Counted from the first letter of the stretch, positions 1-10,626 are shown. The stretch: 64,000 nt of DNA from Atribacterota bacterium (GCA_040767965.1 JAXGNR010000004.1:785335-849334), one strand, 5' to 3'. The notes: generated from the sequence alone by a model not told the origin. Made by a program: numbers and translations.

Positions 1-4
1 AATA

Positions 5-37
5 TGCATATTTATGCAATAAATTGCATTGAATGCA
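5..37. promoter_or_regulatory. Phased TGCA-N6-TGCA palindromic array, candidate upstream activating sequences for a sigma54 enhancer-binding protein
   Basis: TGCA at 5, 15, 25 and 34 (TGCATATTTATGCA, TGCAATAAATTGCA), just past the 3' end of a sigma54 activator gene. Confidence 0.45.
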
Positions 38-122
38 CTATATTTTATAAAAATACAAAAACAAGTTCATTTTCTTTTATTCAAAAAACATGTTTTTCTT
101 ATTTTTATTTTCGTCAGATAGT

Positions 123-1613
123 TTATTCTGATTGGAAATTGTATATTTTTTTAATCTCATATTTTTGCATTTTATAGTACAAAGTTCTTATGCTTATACC
201 TAAATAAGGTGCGCTTCTTTGACAATCTCCATTAAATTTTTGCAATGCCTTTAGAATAGCATCTTTTTCTGCTTCTATTTTTAAAGAATTTAAATCTTTT
301 TTTTCTTCTGGATAAATGTATTTTACTTTTTTTTGCAGCTCGCATTTATCTACTGTACAAATACTGCCCTCAATCAGGCTGATAAACTGGGGTATATGAT
401 TTGAATTTAGTATTTCTTCAGTGATTTTCATATTAATAATAGCTCTCTCGATAACATTTTCCAACTCTCTTATATTGCCCGGCCAGGAATAATTTAATAA
501 ATATTCAATAACTTCTGAGCTAGCATTTTTAATATTACGTCCAAATTCCTGATTGCATTTTCTGATGATATTTTTAACTAAGAGGCCTAAATCTTCTTTT
601 CTATCTCTTAATGGTGGAATAAATATTGGTATTACATATAGTCTATAATAGAGATCATCCCGAAATTTTCCTCTTTTTACAGCTTCTTCCAAATTTATGT
701 TAGTGGCAGAAATTATACGTACGTCAACATTTACTGGTTCATTTCCTCCAACTCTCAATATTTCTTTTTCTTGCAGGACTCTTAGCAATTTTGCCTGTAA
801 ATTCATACTCATCATCCCAATTTCATCTAAAAATATTGTACCCCGATCGGCTTCTTCAAAAAGTCCTTTTTTGCCTTTCTTATTAGCTCCGGTAAAAGCA
901 CCGCTTTCATAACCAAAAAGTTCACTTTCCAGAAGGCTTTCCGTCAATGCAGAACAATTTACCCGTATAAATTGTTTTTCTCTTCTATTGCTGTGATTAT
1001 GGATTGCATGTGCGAATAATTCCTTACCTGTGCCACTTTCGCCATACAACAAAACAGTAGCAGGCGTCATTGCTGCTTTAATTGCCTGCTCTTTAGCTAT
1101 AATCATTGGTCTACTTTTTCCTATAATATCATCGAAAGTATATTTAGCTTCCAGATGGCGTACCCGTTTTCTAACATTATTTAGTTCATCAGTTAAACTT
1201 CTAATTTCTGATAAATCATGTATTACTGCCACACTGCCCTTCAATTCCCCATCTACAATCACCGGGGCAACATTTACTAAAACATCTTTTTTATTAGGGC
1301 CAACCTTCATTTTAACCCCATGAACAGACTCTTTAGTTTTTAAAACCTTTAGATGCATGCTCTCTCCTTCAGCTATATCTATGCTGGAAGATTTTCCTAA
1401 TACATCTTGATCAGTTAATCCAATTAACCTGGTATAAGCCTCATTAACTATAGTATGGATACCTTTTTCATCAACAACTGATATAGCATCATCGGTAGAA
1501 TTAATGATTGCTTTTAGAGTACTTAATGTTTCCTTCTGTATTTTTATTACCTGAAGAAGCTCTTTTTTTATTTTTTCTCCTTCATTTTTCATCTTTGAGG
1601 AAATCCTTTCCAT
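123..1613 (-). CDS. PAS-domain sigma54-dependent transcriptional activator (RocR/BkdR-like)
   Basis: N-terminal PAS, Walker A GESGTGKE, GAFTGA loop, FLDEIG, WPGNIRELEN and C-terminal Fis-type HTH. Confidence 0.93.
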   Translation of the reverse strand: MERISSKMKNEGEKIKKELLQVIKIQKETLSTLKAIINSTDDAISVVDEKGIHTIVNEAYTRLIGLTDQDVLGKSSSIDIAEGESMHLKVLKTKESVHGVKMKVGPNKKDVLVNVAPVIVDGELKGSVAVIHDLSEIRSLTDELNNVRKRVRHLEAKYTFDDIIGKSRPMIIAKEQAIKAAMTPATVLLYGESGTGKELFAHAIHNHSNRREKQFIRVNCSALTESLLESELFGYESGAFTGANKKGKKGLFEEADRGTIFLDEIGMMSMNLQAKLLRVLQEKEILRVGGNEPVNVDVRIISATNINLEEAVKRGKFRDDLYYRLYVIPIFIPPLRDRKEDLGLLVKNIIRKCNQEFGRNIKNASSEVIEYLLNYSWPGNIRELENVIERAIINMKITEEILNSNHIPQFISLIEGSICTVDKCELQKKVKYIYPEEKKDLNSLKIEAEKDAILKALQKFNGDCQRSAPYLGISIRTLYYKMQKYEIKKIYNFQSE

Positions 1614-3339
1614 AGAGCATTTCCCGTGCGTGTTCCAAACTTATAAAACCATATTGTTCCCCATCAATCATCCTGGCAATTTCTTCAAGCTGTTCTTTCC
1701 CTTTCAAAATTTTTAATTGTATATTAGTTTTAGTTTTGTCTATATATTTATTTATATATAGATGCCTGTTTGCTCTACAAGCGATTTGAGGTAAATGAGT
1801 CACAGTGATTATTTGATGATTTCTTGATATTTTTTTTAATTTAGTAGCAATTATCTCTCCTAATCGAGCCCCAACACCGCTGTCAATTTCATCAAAAATC
1901 ATTGTTGGAACCTCATCCACTTTACCTAAAATTGATTTTAGACCTAACATTATTCTAGAAGCTTCTCCCCCAGAAACTATTTCTGCAAGGGGCTTTTTCT
2001 GTTCTCCAACGTTTGTCGCAATAAAAAATTCTACCTGATCAATCCCATTAGAATTAATTTTGATTAATTTGTTGTTAATGTTTATTCCATTAGAATCTTC
2101 CTGTTGATTTATTTTGATGTCAAAAGAGCAGTTTTTCATGTTCAATTCATTTAATTCTTTTATAATATCATTTGCTAATTTTTCAGCAATTATTTTTCTT
2201 TGCTCGCTTAAGTAAAGAGATAATATTGTCAAGTTTTTTTCATCCTCTTTTATTTCATTTTTTAAAACTTCCATCTTCTTTTGATTATCTTCAATATTAT
2301 CTAATTGATTTTGCAAAAAATCTCTTTTTTCTAAGATTTCTTTTATATCTGAACCATATTTCTTTTTCAGATGATTTATTAAATCAATTCTATTTTCAAA
2401 TTCCTGTAATTGTTGAGCATCAAAATCAAGCTTTTCTTTATACTCAATTACCTTGTCTGCAATATCTTCAATTTTAAATTGAACTTCCAATAGATCGTTT
2501 TTAATATTTGCAATTTCAATATCCAATCTTGTGATAATGTTAAAGTTATTAATTAAACGAACAATTGTATCCCTTACAGAAGCTTCTCCTTCCTCATTTC
2601 CTTCGTATAGAGCAAGATAAGCCATTTCCATGATTTCTTTTATTTTAACCGTATTATGAATAATATTAATTTTATTTTCTAATTCCTCATCTTCTTTCTC
2701 TATCAGTTTTGCATCATCAATTTCCTGTAATTGAAATAACAAAAAATCTTTTTTAGATAAATTTTCTGCTCTATTTTTTGAAAGATTGTTTAGTAAAAAT
2801 TTTTTTGCCTTCCACTGTGAATAGCATTTAAATAATTCATTTTTTTTCTGGAAAAATATTGACCCTCCAAGATTATCAATAAATTCTATGTGACTGCTTG
2901 CGCTAAGCAGTGATTGGTGACTGTGCTGACCATGTAAATCAATTAGATAGTTTCCAATTTCCTGTAATGTCGATAAAGAAGTTAAATGATCATTAATCCA
3001 GCATTTATTTTTTTTCTTTCGATTTATCTGCCTTCTTATTATTATTTGATCATCGGTTATAATTTCCTTATATTTCTGTAATAATTTGGTTTGTTTTTTT
3101 AAAATTATTCCTATATTAAATAAGGCTTCTATTTCCAGATAGTCCTTATTGCTTTTTATTAAATTGCTATTAGCTGGGCTTCCTAAAATAACATTTATTG
3201 CTTCAATTATAATTGATTTACCAGCACCTGTTTCCCCAGTAATTACATTTAATCCATCATCAAACTCGATATTTAATTCTTCAATTAAAGCAAAGTTTTT
3301 TATTTTAAGACAAAAAAGCATTTTTCTTCCTGCCAACAT
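1582..3339 (-). CDS. recN: DNA repair protein RecN
   Basis: IKNFALIE, TGETGAGKS, HGQH, SGGE, FDEIDSG and THLPQIA motifs; next to nadK and tlyA. Confidence 0.96.
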   Translation of the reverse strand: MLAGRKMLFCLKIKNFALIEELNIEFDDGLNVITGETGAGKSIIIEAINVILGSPANSNLIKSNKDYLEIEALFNIGIILKKQTKLLQKYKEIITDDQIIIRRQINRKKKNKCWINDHLTSLSTLQEIGNYLIDLHGQHSHQSLLSASSHIEFIDNLGGSIFFQKKNELFKCYSQWKAKKFLLNNLSKNRAENLSKKDFLLFQLQEIDDAKLIEKEDEELENKINIIHNTVKIKEIMEMAYLALYEGNEEGEASVRDTIVRLINNFNIITRLDIEIANIKNDLLEVQFKIEDIADKVIEYKEKLDFDAQQLQEFENRIDLINHLKKKYGSDIKEILEKRDFLQNQLDNIEDNQKKMEVLKNEIKEDEKNLTILSLYLSEQRKIIAEKLANDIIKELNELNMKNCSFDIKINQQEDSNGININNKLIKINSNGIDQVEFFIATNVGEQKKPLAEIVSGGEASRIMLGLKSILGKVDEVPTMIFDEIDSGVGARLGEIIATKLKKISRNHQIITVTHLPQIACRANRHLYINKYIDKTKTNIQLKILKGKEQLEEIARMIDGEQYGFISLEHAREMLYGKDFLKDEK

Positions 3340-3358
3340 TTTTTATTTAAAATAGATT

Positions 3359-4231
3359 TTAAGAAATAACCCTTCCGCTCCATTTAAGCTTTTTTCTTAA
3401 GGTGCTATAAAAGGTCTTCTCGCTAAAAGTTACTAATTGTGTTTTTTTCTTGGATTTTTTTATAATGATAAGATCATTTTCTTCTAATTCAAAAGCTTCC
3501 TGGCCATCAACTGTTAACATAACATCCTTACCTTTGGATTTTACTATTATTTTTATGATATCATTATGATGGATAACCAAAGTTCTTGCTGAAAGAGTAT
3601 GAGGGCAAATAGGTGTAATTATCATGTTTTTAATAACAGGATAAATTATTGGGCCCCCTGCTGATAAGGAATATGCTGTGGAGCCAGTTGGAGTGGAAAC
3701 AATAAGACCATCTGCATCATAATGAATTACATATTCATCATTAATGTATGTTTCTAGACGAATTAGTCTTGCGACCAATTTTTTTGCGGCAACAATATCA
3801 TTTAAACAGTAAAACTGATTAATTTTTTTATTATTCCTAACTATAATCCCTGTCAACATCATCCGGTCTTCAGTTTTATATTTACCATTTAAAATAAGAT
3901 TAATATATTCAGGGATCTCATGGACCCCAATTTGGGTTAAAAAGCCAAGTCCGCCCAGATTAACTCCGCAAACAGGTATATTATTATTAGTAACCAGTCT
4001 TGCAGCTCTTAGTAGCGTCCCATCTCCTCCTAAAGAAAATATCATATCTATATCTTTAAAAGGCATTGCTAGAATATTAATATCAAAAGAAGCAATGAGT
4101 TTATCCTTTATTTTTTTATTCACAAAAACCTGAATATTCTTTTTTACCAGTTCTTCAATTATCTGGTTAGTTACATTTAAATTGCTATCTTTTTCATCAT
4201 TAACTACTAATCCTACCTTTTTGATTGCCAT
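3359..4231 (-). CDS. nadK: NAD(+) kinase
   Basis: GGDGTLL, NLGGLGFL and DGLIVSTPTGSTAYSLSAGGP motifs. Confidence 0.97.
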   Translation of the reverse strand: MAIKKVGLVVNDEKDSNLNVTNQIIEELVKKNIQVFVNKKIKDKLIASFDINILAMPFKDIDMIFSLGGDGTLLRAARLVTNNNIPVCGVNLGGLGFLTQIGVHEIPEYINLILNGKYKTEDRMMLTGIIVRNNKKINQFYCLNDIVAAKKLVARLIRLETYINDEYVIHYDADGLIVSTPTGSTAYSLSAGGPIIYPVIKNMIITPICPHTLSARTLVIHHNDIIKIIVKSKGKDVMLTVDGQEAFELEENDLIIIKKSKKKTQLVTFSEKTFYSTLRKKLKWSGRVIS

Positions 4232-4323
4232 CTTTTCTCCTATTTAGATATTTGCTAAAAAATTAATGCAGCCACCATTTATTTAATATAGATATATTTT
4301 GCACAGATTATTTAATGTTTAGT

Positions 4324-5131
4324 TTAAGCAAAAAAACAATGTGCTTCTGTGATTGTTTTTTTTATAAGATTATTATCTAAAGGCAATATACCATGAATAT
4401 TTTTTTTCACAACAGATTAAATATTCAATATTTCCGGGAGAGTTTTTAATTGGCGAAAATGTGATGTTTTTACAAATATAATCGGAACTAATATTTTTTA
4501 ATAAATTATGGATGGTATCAAAATGTATTTCCGGATCATCAACAATACCACCTTTTTTTACATGTTCTCTGCCTGCTTCAAATTGGGGTTTTATTAAGGC
4601 AATTATTTTCCCATTACTTTTTAATAAATCACTTACAATCGGAAGAACAATTTTCAAAGAAATAAAAGAAACATCAACAGTAATCATATCAAACTTAAAA
4701 TTAAATATAGTTTTATCAAGGTATCTTATGTTGGTTTTTTCTATATTAATTACTCTGTTATCGTTTCTCAATTTCCAGTCTAACTGACCATAACCAACAT
4801 CCACGCAATAAATTTTTTTAGCACCATGCTGAAGCAAACAATCAGTAAAACCTCCAGTAGATGCACCAATATCAAGAATAATCAAATTATTTGGATAAAT
4901 TTCAAAACAATGTAATGCTTTTTCTAATTTTAATCCACCCCTGCTGACATATTTCTCACTTATATTGTCAATTTCAATTACACTATCAGTATCAATTTTA
5001 GTGCCTGCCTTATTTATTTTTACACCATTGACTTTAACCTGGTTAGCCATTATAATTCTCTTGGCTTTTTCTCTTGTGAAAACCAGTTTTTTATCTACTA
5101 ATATTTTATCTAATCTTTCTTTTTTATTCAT
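4324..5131 (-). CDS. tlyA: TlyA family rRNA 2'-O-methyltransferase; apparent 1-nt frameshift near the 3' end
   Basis: S4 domain, YVSRGGLKL, DIGASTGGFTD, LIKPQFEAG. The ORF ends at 4373, but removing one base from the T8 run at 4400-4407 gives a typical C-terminus (..KKTITEAHCFFA*) ending at 4324. Confidence 0.9.
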
Positions 5132-5161
5132 TTAATAAATAACACTTTATTATTTATAATT

Positions 5162-5770
5162 TTATTTTAACCAGTGCTCATCTCTTTCAATAGGCATACT
5201 TATGTCAAGATGACCTACTAAGGTTTCTCCGCTGTTACCATCTATAAGAAGCTGTACTTTTTCAATTTCTGGAAATGTTGTCAAGGTCATTACAATAGAA
5301 TATACTGTTAACAGCTCTCCAGTACTTCCTCCTGGATGATCTTTAATCAGGTCTGATGATAAATCAATATAAGCAATTTTATCACTAACAAAAACAGTGT
5401 TAACTTTTGTAGATGGCGGTATAGTTGGAAAAAGATTTTTATTAGTTGGTCCTTTTATTAATTCTGTTATAATTTGCTTGATATTATAATCTGCATTTTT
5501 TATAGTCCTGTTTTCTGGGATTAAATATTGAGCATTATCATCAGAAAAGTATAGTAGTACTTCAATTTCATCTTCTTTATCGACAATTGCTGTTTTTTCT
5601 GCTTCATCTTCAATTTTTACTGATTCTTTAGTGGAGATATCTTTTTTCTGCAGAATTGGTAATAAAAAATTTTGAAATAAAATAAATACAAAAAATAATA
5701 ATAGTAATAATATTATTAAATTGAAAATTGATTTGAAATTATTTTTCTTTTTTTTTCTTCTTCTAGACAT
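5162..5770 (-). CDS. GerMN domain membrane-anchored protein
   Basis: N-terminal TM helix; LYFSD..YLIPE.R, ELIKGP, GGSTGELLTVYSIV.TLT and VQLLIDG pattern. Confidence 0.88.
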   Translation of the reverse strand: MSRRRKKKKNNFKSIFNLIILLLLLFFVFILFQNFLLPILQKKDISTKESVKIEDEAEKTAIVDKEDEIEVLLYFSDDNAQYLIPENRTIKNADYNIKQIITELIKGPTNKNLFPTIPPSTKVNTVFVSDKIAYIDLSSDLIKDHPGGSTGELLTVYSIVMTLTTFPEIEKVQLLIDGNSGETLVGHLDISMPIERDEHWLK

Positions 5771-5799
5771 TTAAAACCCCTTCTACTTAATAAAAAATA

Positions 5800-7357
5800 C
5801 TATTCTATAGGAATGGTTTTTATGTATTCTGTAACAGATTCACCCAGGGCTTGTGCAACTTTTTCTCTAAATTCAGAGGTTTTTAAAAGCTTTTCCTCTT
5901 CAGGATTTGAAATAAAGCCAACTTCTACCAGTACTGCAGCCATGTTGACACCTTTCAGAACTATAAAAGGAGCTTGCTTTACTCCTCTGCTAGACAAACC
6001 AGTATGTTGAACAAGTTTTTTTTGTACAATATCAGCAAAATCTAAACTAAAACCTATACTAGCGCTCTCTTCCAAATCAGCTATAATCTGGTTTAAAACA
6101 TTATCCTCATAATTATGAAATTGACTAGCCTTATTTTCCCTATCAGCTACATCCTTAGCAGAAGCTCCAATATAACGAGAATTTAAAACATATGTCTCAA
6201 TTCCACGAGCTGTTGTAGAACCTTTTTGTAATGCGGAATTAACATGTATACTTATAAAGGCAGAAGCTTCTTTTTTAGCGGCTATCAAAGGTCTGTCTTC
6301 TAATGGGACATCTATGTCTTTTTCTCTTGTTAAGTAAACCTGGTAGCCCTTATTTTGAAGAATTTTCTGTAACTTTATCGCCACATCCAAAACAATGTCT
6401 TTTTCTTTTAAACCACTAGGACCAATAGCCCCAGGGTGAGAACCGCCATGACCTGGATCAATAACAATAATATGTTTTTCATTTTGCCTTTCATCTAATT
6501 CAATGTCGGTTGCAGGAATATGAGATGGCTCTATTGGTTTTGCTTCTATCGCTACTTGAACACCATCACTTTGCTTGATTTCATCAGAATTAAATACATC
6601 TACAACTATTCTTTCAGGTGATTTCAAAGCAAAAACCTCATACTGAAAATTATTTATCAGGTCTAATACAATTCTAGCAGTATTAAGATCAAACTGTCCT
6701 ATTCTAACTTTTTTTACTGTATTATCATCTATCAAAAATTCTTTTTGTTCATTATTTTTTAACCCAGTTAAGGCATTTATGTCAATAACAATTCTGTCCG
6801 GGTTATCAAGTTTAAGAATTTTGAAATCAGATGAATCGGTAACATCAATAACTATTCTTGTTTTATCATCATAAGTAAAGCTTCTTACATTGTTAACAAA
6901 TTACCCTTTCTTAAAATGTTAAGAATTTTGATTTCATATCCCATTCAACTACAATATTGTCTAGTGTTTTTAATATTTCAACAGGAATCATAACTCTATT
7001 TTCTATTATTTTTGCAGGAGTTTCCAATTCTATTTTTTCTTTATTTACTTCTGCTTCTAAAGCATCTATAACTACACTTATTTCTTTCTCTGGCATAATT
7101 ATATTTAATAATTTTAAAGCTGGAAACCAAACAATTCTGCCATTTAATAGTTCAACTACATCTCTAACGGGTAAGAAAACTCTTCCATCGATTACAATTG
7201 CATTATTTTCAGTTTCCAATAAATTCCCATCAAGATAAACCTTAACTTCCTCCTGGGCATTTAGAAGAAAAACATTAGGTGTTAAGTTAAGTATAAGTAT
7301 TAAAACAAAAATAAGAATAATGCTTCTTTTTCTAATCATCAAGCCTTTTCTCCTCAT
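5800..7357 (-). CDS. N-acetylmuramoyl-L-alanine amidase (Amidase_3) with copper-amine-oxidase-like N-terminal domain and AMIN domains; split by apparent frameshifts at ~6898-6930
   Basis: 5800..6735 has IDPGHGG, SIHVN and LVEVGFISN. That frame stays open upstream to ~6896 (VNNVRSFTYDDKTRIVIDV..NPDRIVID). 6911..7357 has a signal peptide and GRVFLPVR. Confidence 0.82.
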
Positions 7358-8380
7358 GGACTAAATATCGATACATTATTACTTTTAAAGTCGCTGCTAT
7401 CGGAATTGCAAACAAAACTCCCAAAAAACCAAGGAGGCCTCCAAATGTCAGCATTGCAAAAATTATGGTGAGCGGATGTAGGCCTAATTCCTTTCCAAGT
7501 ATTTTTGGATTTAACCAAATTGCCTCAATCTGATTTACAGCAACAAATAAAACAGTAACTGAAATAAATATAGACCAGGGCCTTCCAATAACAAAAAATA
7601 ATGCTATCACCCATCCAACAATTGGACCCAGGTATGGTATAAAATTTAAAATTCCTGAAATCAAACCAATAATAAGATAAAATTTTATCTGAAGGAAATA
7701 AAGACCAAGAGTAATTAGAGCACCCACAATAAAACATACAACTAGCCTTCCGCGAATAAAATTGCTTAATATTCTATCAATCTCAATGACTATTTCACGA
7801 AAATTATCTTTATTTTTCTGTGAAACAAATATCAGAAGATTATCTTTAAAAAGTTCTAAATCGATCAATAAATAATAAAGAATCAGGGGAATTACAATAA
7901 CTCCAAATCCGAATTTTGTAACAAACGAAGAAAGTTCAAATATTGCATTTCTAGAAAAAGTCAATAATCCTCTTTGTATCTCTGCAAAAATATCCTGCAA
8001 GAAAACCGCTAAGTTTGCTGAATCTTCCAGCCATTCAAAAATAAATTCTATGGATAGTAACAAATCTTGAATACTGGATATCAACCCGGGTATTTCTCTG
8101 GATAATTGGTTTAATTCATTAATAGTATTTGGTATAAGGAAAAAAACCACAAGGACAGCAAAAGCAATAATAATGGCAAAAATAATTAAAATTGCTATTT
8201 TTTTTGATATTTTTTTATCAATTAAAAATCTATAAAGAGGTCCAAAAAATAAGCGAGAAATAAGGATAAACTAAAATAAATCAAAATTAATTCTAATCTG
8301 TGTGCAATAAAACAAAAAATTATTATACTGATAATCAGTTTTATAACTAATCTGCTTTCTTTATCTTGAATTATTTCCAT
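7332..8380 (-). CDS. AI-2E family transporter; apparent frameshift at ~8245
   Basis: FIRG, NFIPYLGP and LNPKILGKELGLHPL motifs. ATG at 8380 gives the N-terminal TM part, which joins the 7332..8150 frame with +1 nt in the A6 run at 8244-8249. Confidence 0.85.
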
Positions 8381-8541
8381 TTTTTACCTTATATTCTCTG
8401 TGATTAACTGCCGTTATTTTCAAAAAAGATTGCGTTTAAAATAATTGCACTTGTATTAATATAATTTATATCAAATAAATTGATATTAATCAATTATCAA
8501 TAAATAAGAAATAATAATTATGTTTTATCTTATTAGAAAAT

Positions 8542-8578
8542 AAAAAGATAACCTGATTTTTATTCAGGTTATCTTTTT
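8542..8578 (-). terminator. Intrinsic terminator downstream of ssrA
   Basis: Perfect 15-bp inverted repeat AAAAAGATAACCTGA / TCAGGTTATCTTTTT. Confidence 0.85.
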
Positions 8579-8591
8579 CTAAATCATTAAA

Positions 8592-8945
8592 TGGTAGAGG
8601 CGGCGAGATTCGAACTCGCGTCCAGAGAACCATCAATAAAAAATACTACGAGTGTAGTCTATGTTCTATTGTTTCATATTACCTAACTCCCATAGACTGG
8701 ATTTAAATAATACTAGCTTCATAGTTTCTCTGAATCATTTGAAGCAAAATGAATCAGATAGCCTGTTTTTTGTTACACCCGCAATAAACTTACAAGCGAA
8801 AGTTCATTGCAGACGAGCAGCTATTAAGCTGCTAAAGCCAATTCGTTATCGTTGGCAATTAATGTTTTTCCCTAAGTTTAACGAGGATAAGGACCTCGAC
8901 TCGCATTCTTTACCCCTGTTTTCCCTGTCGAAACCTATCGCCCCC
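8592..8945 (-). ncRNA. ssrA: tmRNA (354 nt)
   Basis: 5' GGGGGCGATAGGTTTCGAC and 3' T-arm/acceptor GCGAGTTCGAATCTCGCCGCCTCTACCA with G3-U70 alanine determinant; internal tag ORF; directly follows smpB. Confidence 0.97.
8824..8856 (-). other. tmRNA proteolysis tag reading frame (A)ANDNELALAA*
   Basis: GCC AAC GAT AAC GAA TTG GCT TTA GCA GCT TAA followed by a second stop TAG. Confidence 0.93.
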
Positions 8946-9414
8946 ATTGTTTATTTTTTAACTCTCTTTCAACTTCTCTCTGGATAGCCTTCTTGGTCAG
9001 ATCATCTCTTTTATCAAATAACTTTTTTCCTTTAGCTAATCCAAGCTCTACTTTTGCATATCCATTTTTAAAATATACCTTTAAAGGAATTAATGTGAAC
9101 CCTTTACTGCTGGTTTGACCCTTCAGTTTTTTTAATTGTTTATTTTGCAATAATAACTTGCGATCTCTTTTTGGTTCTAAGTTAAACCGATTACCAAATT
9201 CATAAGGGGAAACATGCATATTGATTACGAATAATTCATCGCCTTTAAACTGTGCATAACTTTCTTTTATACTGAGTTGATGGTTTCTGATTGATTTAAC
9301 TTCAGTTCCTTTTAAAACGATACCTGCTTCATATGTTTCCAGTATATGATAATCATGTCTGGCCTTACGGTTAACTGACACGGTTTTAAGTTCATTTATG
9401 TTTTTTTCAGGCAT
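8935..9414 (-). CDS. smpB: SsrA-binding protein SmpB
   Basis: NRKARHDY, EAGIVLKGTEVKS, RKLLL and GKKLFDKR motifs. Confidence 0.98.
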   Translation of the reverse strand: MPEKNINELKTVSVNRKARHDYHILETYEAGIVLKGTEVKSIRNHQLSIKESYAQFKGDELFVINMHVSPYEFGNRFNLEPKRDRKLLLQNKQLKKLKGQTSSKGFTLIPLKVYFKNGYAKVELGLAKGKKLFDKRDDLTKKAIQREVERELKNKQWGR

Positions 9415-9437
9415 TATATTTCCCTGTTTTGTATTAA

Positions 9438-9466
9438 ATTATAGCATAAAAACATTCACTTTTCAA
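9438..9466 (-). promoter_or_regulatory. Sigma70-type promoter for smpB-ssrA
   Basis: TTGAAA, 17-nt spacer ending in TGC, TATAAT on the minus strand (extended -10). Confidence 0.7.
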
Positions 9467-9525
9467 TTAAAGAAACGCTTTTGAAAAAGTAACCTTCAAT
9501 GGGCAATCAGATAGTTTAATTAATC

Positions 9526-10557
9526 TTAATTAGAAGCTCTTCTTAATCGGTCCATTATTGCACTTCCAAGTCCTTTGTTTTCAAAACTCTCAGAAATTAT
9601 AATATCGCATTGCAAATCATCCAATAATCGCATCTTGCTATATAAATTATGAGCATATAATTCCAGATTATTTTCAAATCCCAATGCCTCAACAATAAAG
9701 ATATTCGGATATCTATTCATATTTTCAAAACTGGACAAAATACCAATTTTTTTCCCAAGTCCATGGTAGTAAAAAGCTTTTTTAATTATTTCCTGAATCA
9801 TTTTTTCTTTTCCTCCCTCTACTAAAAAAAGCTTAGCCTTAGTAGCATAATGCTTTTTAAGCATACCGGGAGATTTGCTTTCATTCAAAATACTATCTTG
9901 ATTTATAGTAATATCTGGAATTACTTTTTTTAGATCTTCTACTGTAATCCCACCTAAGCGTAAAATATTTACTGGATTTATGGAAACATCAATTACTGTT
10001 GATTCAACTCCTACTGATGTTTCTCCACCATCGATTATGATATCTATTCTATTTTTTAAATCTGTAAAAACATGTTGTGCATTAGTGGAGCTCGTATGAG
10101 TGAATATATTTGCACTAGGTGCTGCTATTGGCCTTTTAGATTCTCGAATAAGTTCTAAAGCGATGGGATGTTTAGGTATCCTTACGGCAACAGTATCAAG
10201 CCCCGCAGTTACATATTGAGATATTTTTTTATTTTTTTTCATAACTATTGTTAGAGGTCCTGGCCAAAACATTTTGCTAATTTTTTTTGCTATATCTGGA
10301 AAATCAGATACAATATCTTGTAACTCTTCCAGACACGATATATGCACTATTAAAGGGTCAAAAAATGGCCTTTCCTTTACTTGAAATATTTTTTTTACAG
10401 CATTTTCATTTAAAGCATCAGCACCTAACCCATATACTGTTTCTGTAGGAAATGCAACAAGCTTACCATCTTTTATTGCTTTTCCTGCTATTTTAATTTT
10501 TTCTTTATCGATATTATCTTTATTTATTTCAATAAATGCCGTTTTTATCTTTTCCAT
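9526..10557 (-). CDS. sua5: Threonylcarbamoyl-AMP synthase (Sua5, long form)
   Basis: VAFPTETVYGLGA, AAPSAN, GVESTVID, SPGMLKKHYA and AIMDRLRRAS motifs. Confidence 0.95.
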   Translation of the reverse strand: MEKIKTAFIEINKDNIDKEKIKIAGKAIKDGKLVAFPTETVYGLGADALNENAVKKIFQVKERPFFDPLIVHISCLEELQDIVSDFPDIAKKISKMFWPGPLTIVMKKNKKISQYVTAGLDTVAVRIPKHPIALELIRESKRPIAAPSANIFTHTSSTNAQHVFTDLKNRIDIIIDGGETSVGVESTVIDVSINPVNILRLGGITVEDLKKVIPDITINQDSILNESKSPGMLKKHYATKAKLFLVEGGKEKMIQEIIKKAFYYHGLGKKIGILSSFENMNRYPNIFIVEALGFENNLELYAHNLYSKMRLLDDLQCDIIISESFENKGLGSAIMDRLRRASN

Positions 10558-10587
10558 TTTTTTCCCATATTTTTTATTTTCTATATT

Positions 10588-10614
10588 AAAAAAAGCAGGA
10601 TAGCCTGCTCTTTT
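10588..10614 (-). terminator. Intrinsic terminator after tRNA-Glu
   Basis: AGCAGG-ATAG-CCTGCT hairpin followed by a U7 run on the minus strand. Confidence 0.7.
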
Positions 10615-10626
10615 ATATTATTTCTA

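Noticed and set aside
4373-8380. Pseudogene calls for tlyA, the amidase and the AI-2E transporter
   Set aside because: Only single-base homopolymer indels with no other decay; more likely sequencing errors
8661-8987. 108-aa plus-strand ORF
   Set aside because: Antisense to tmRNA and the smpB end; no protein features
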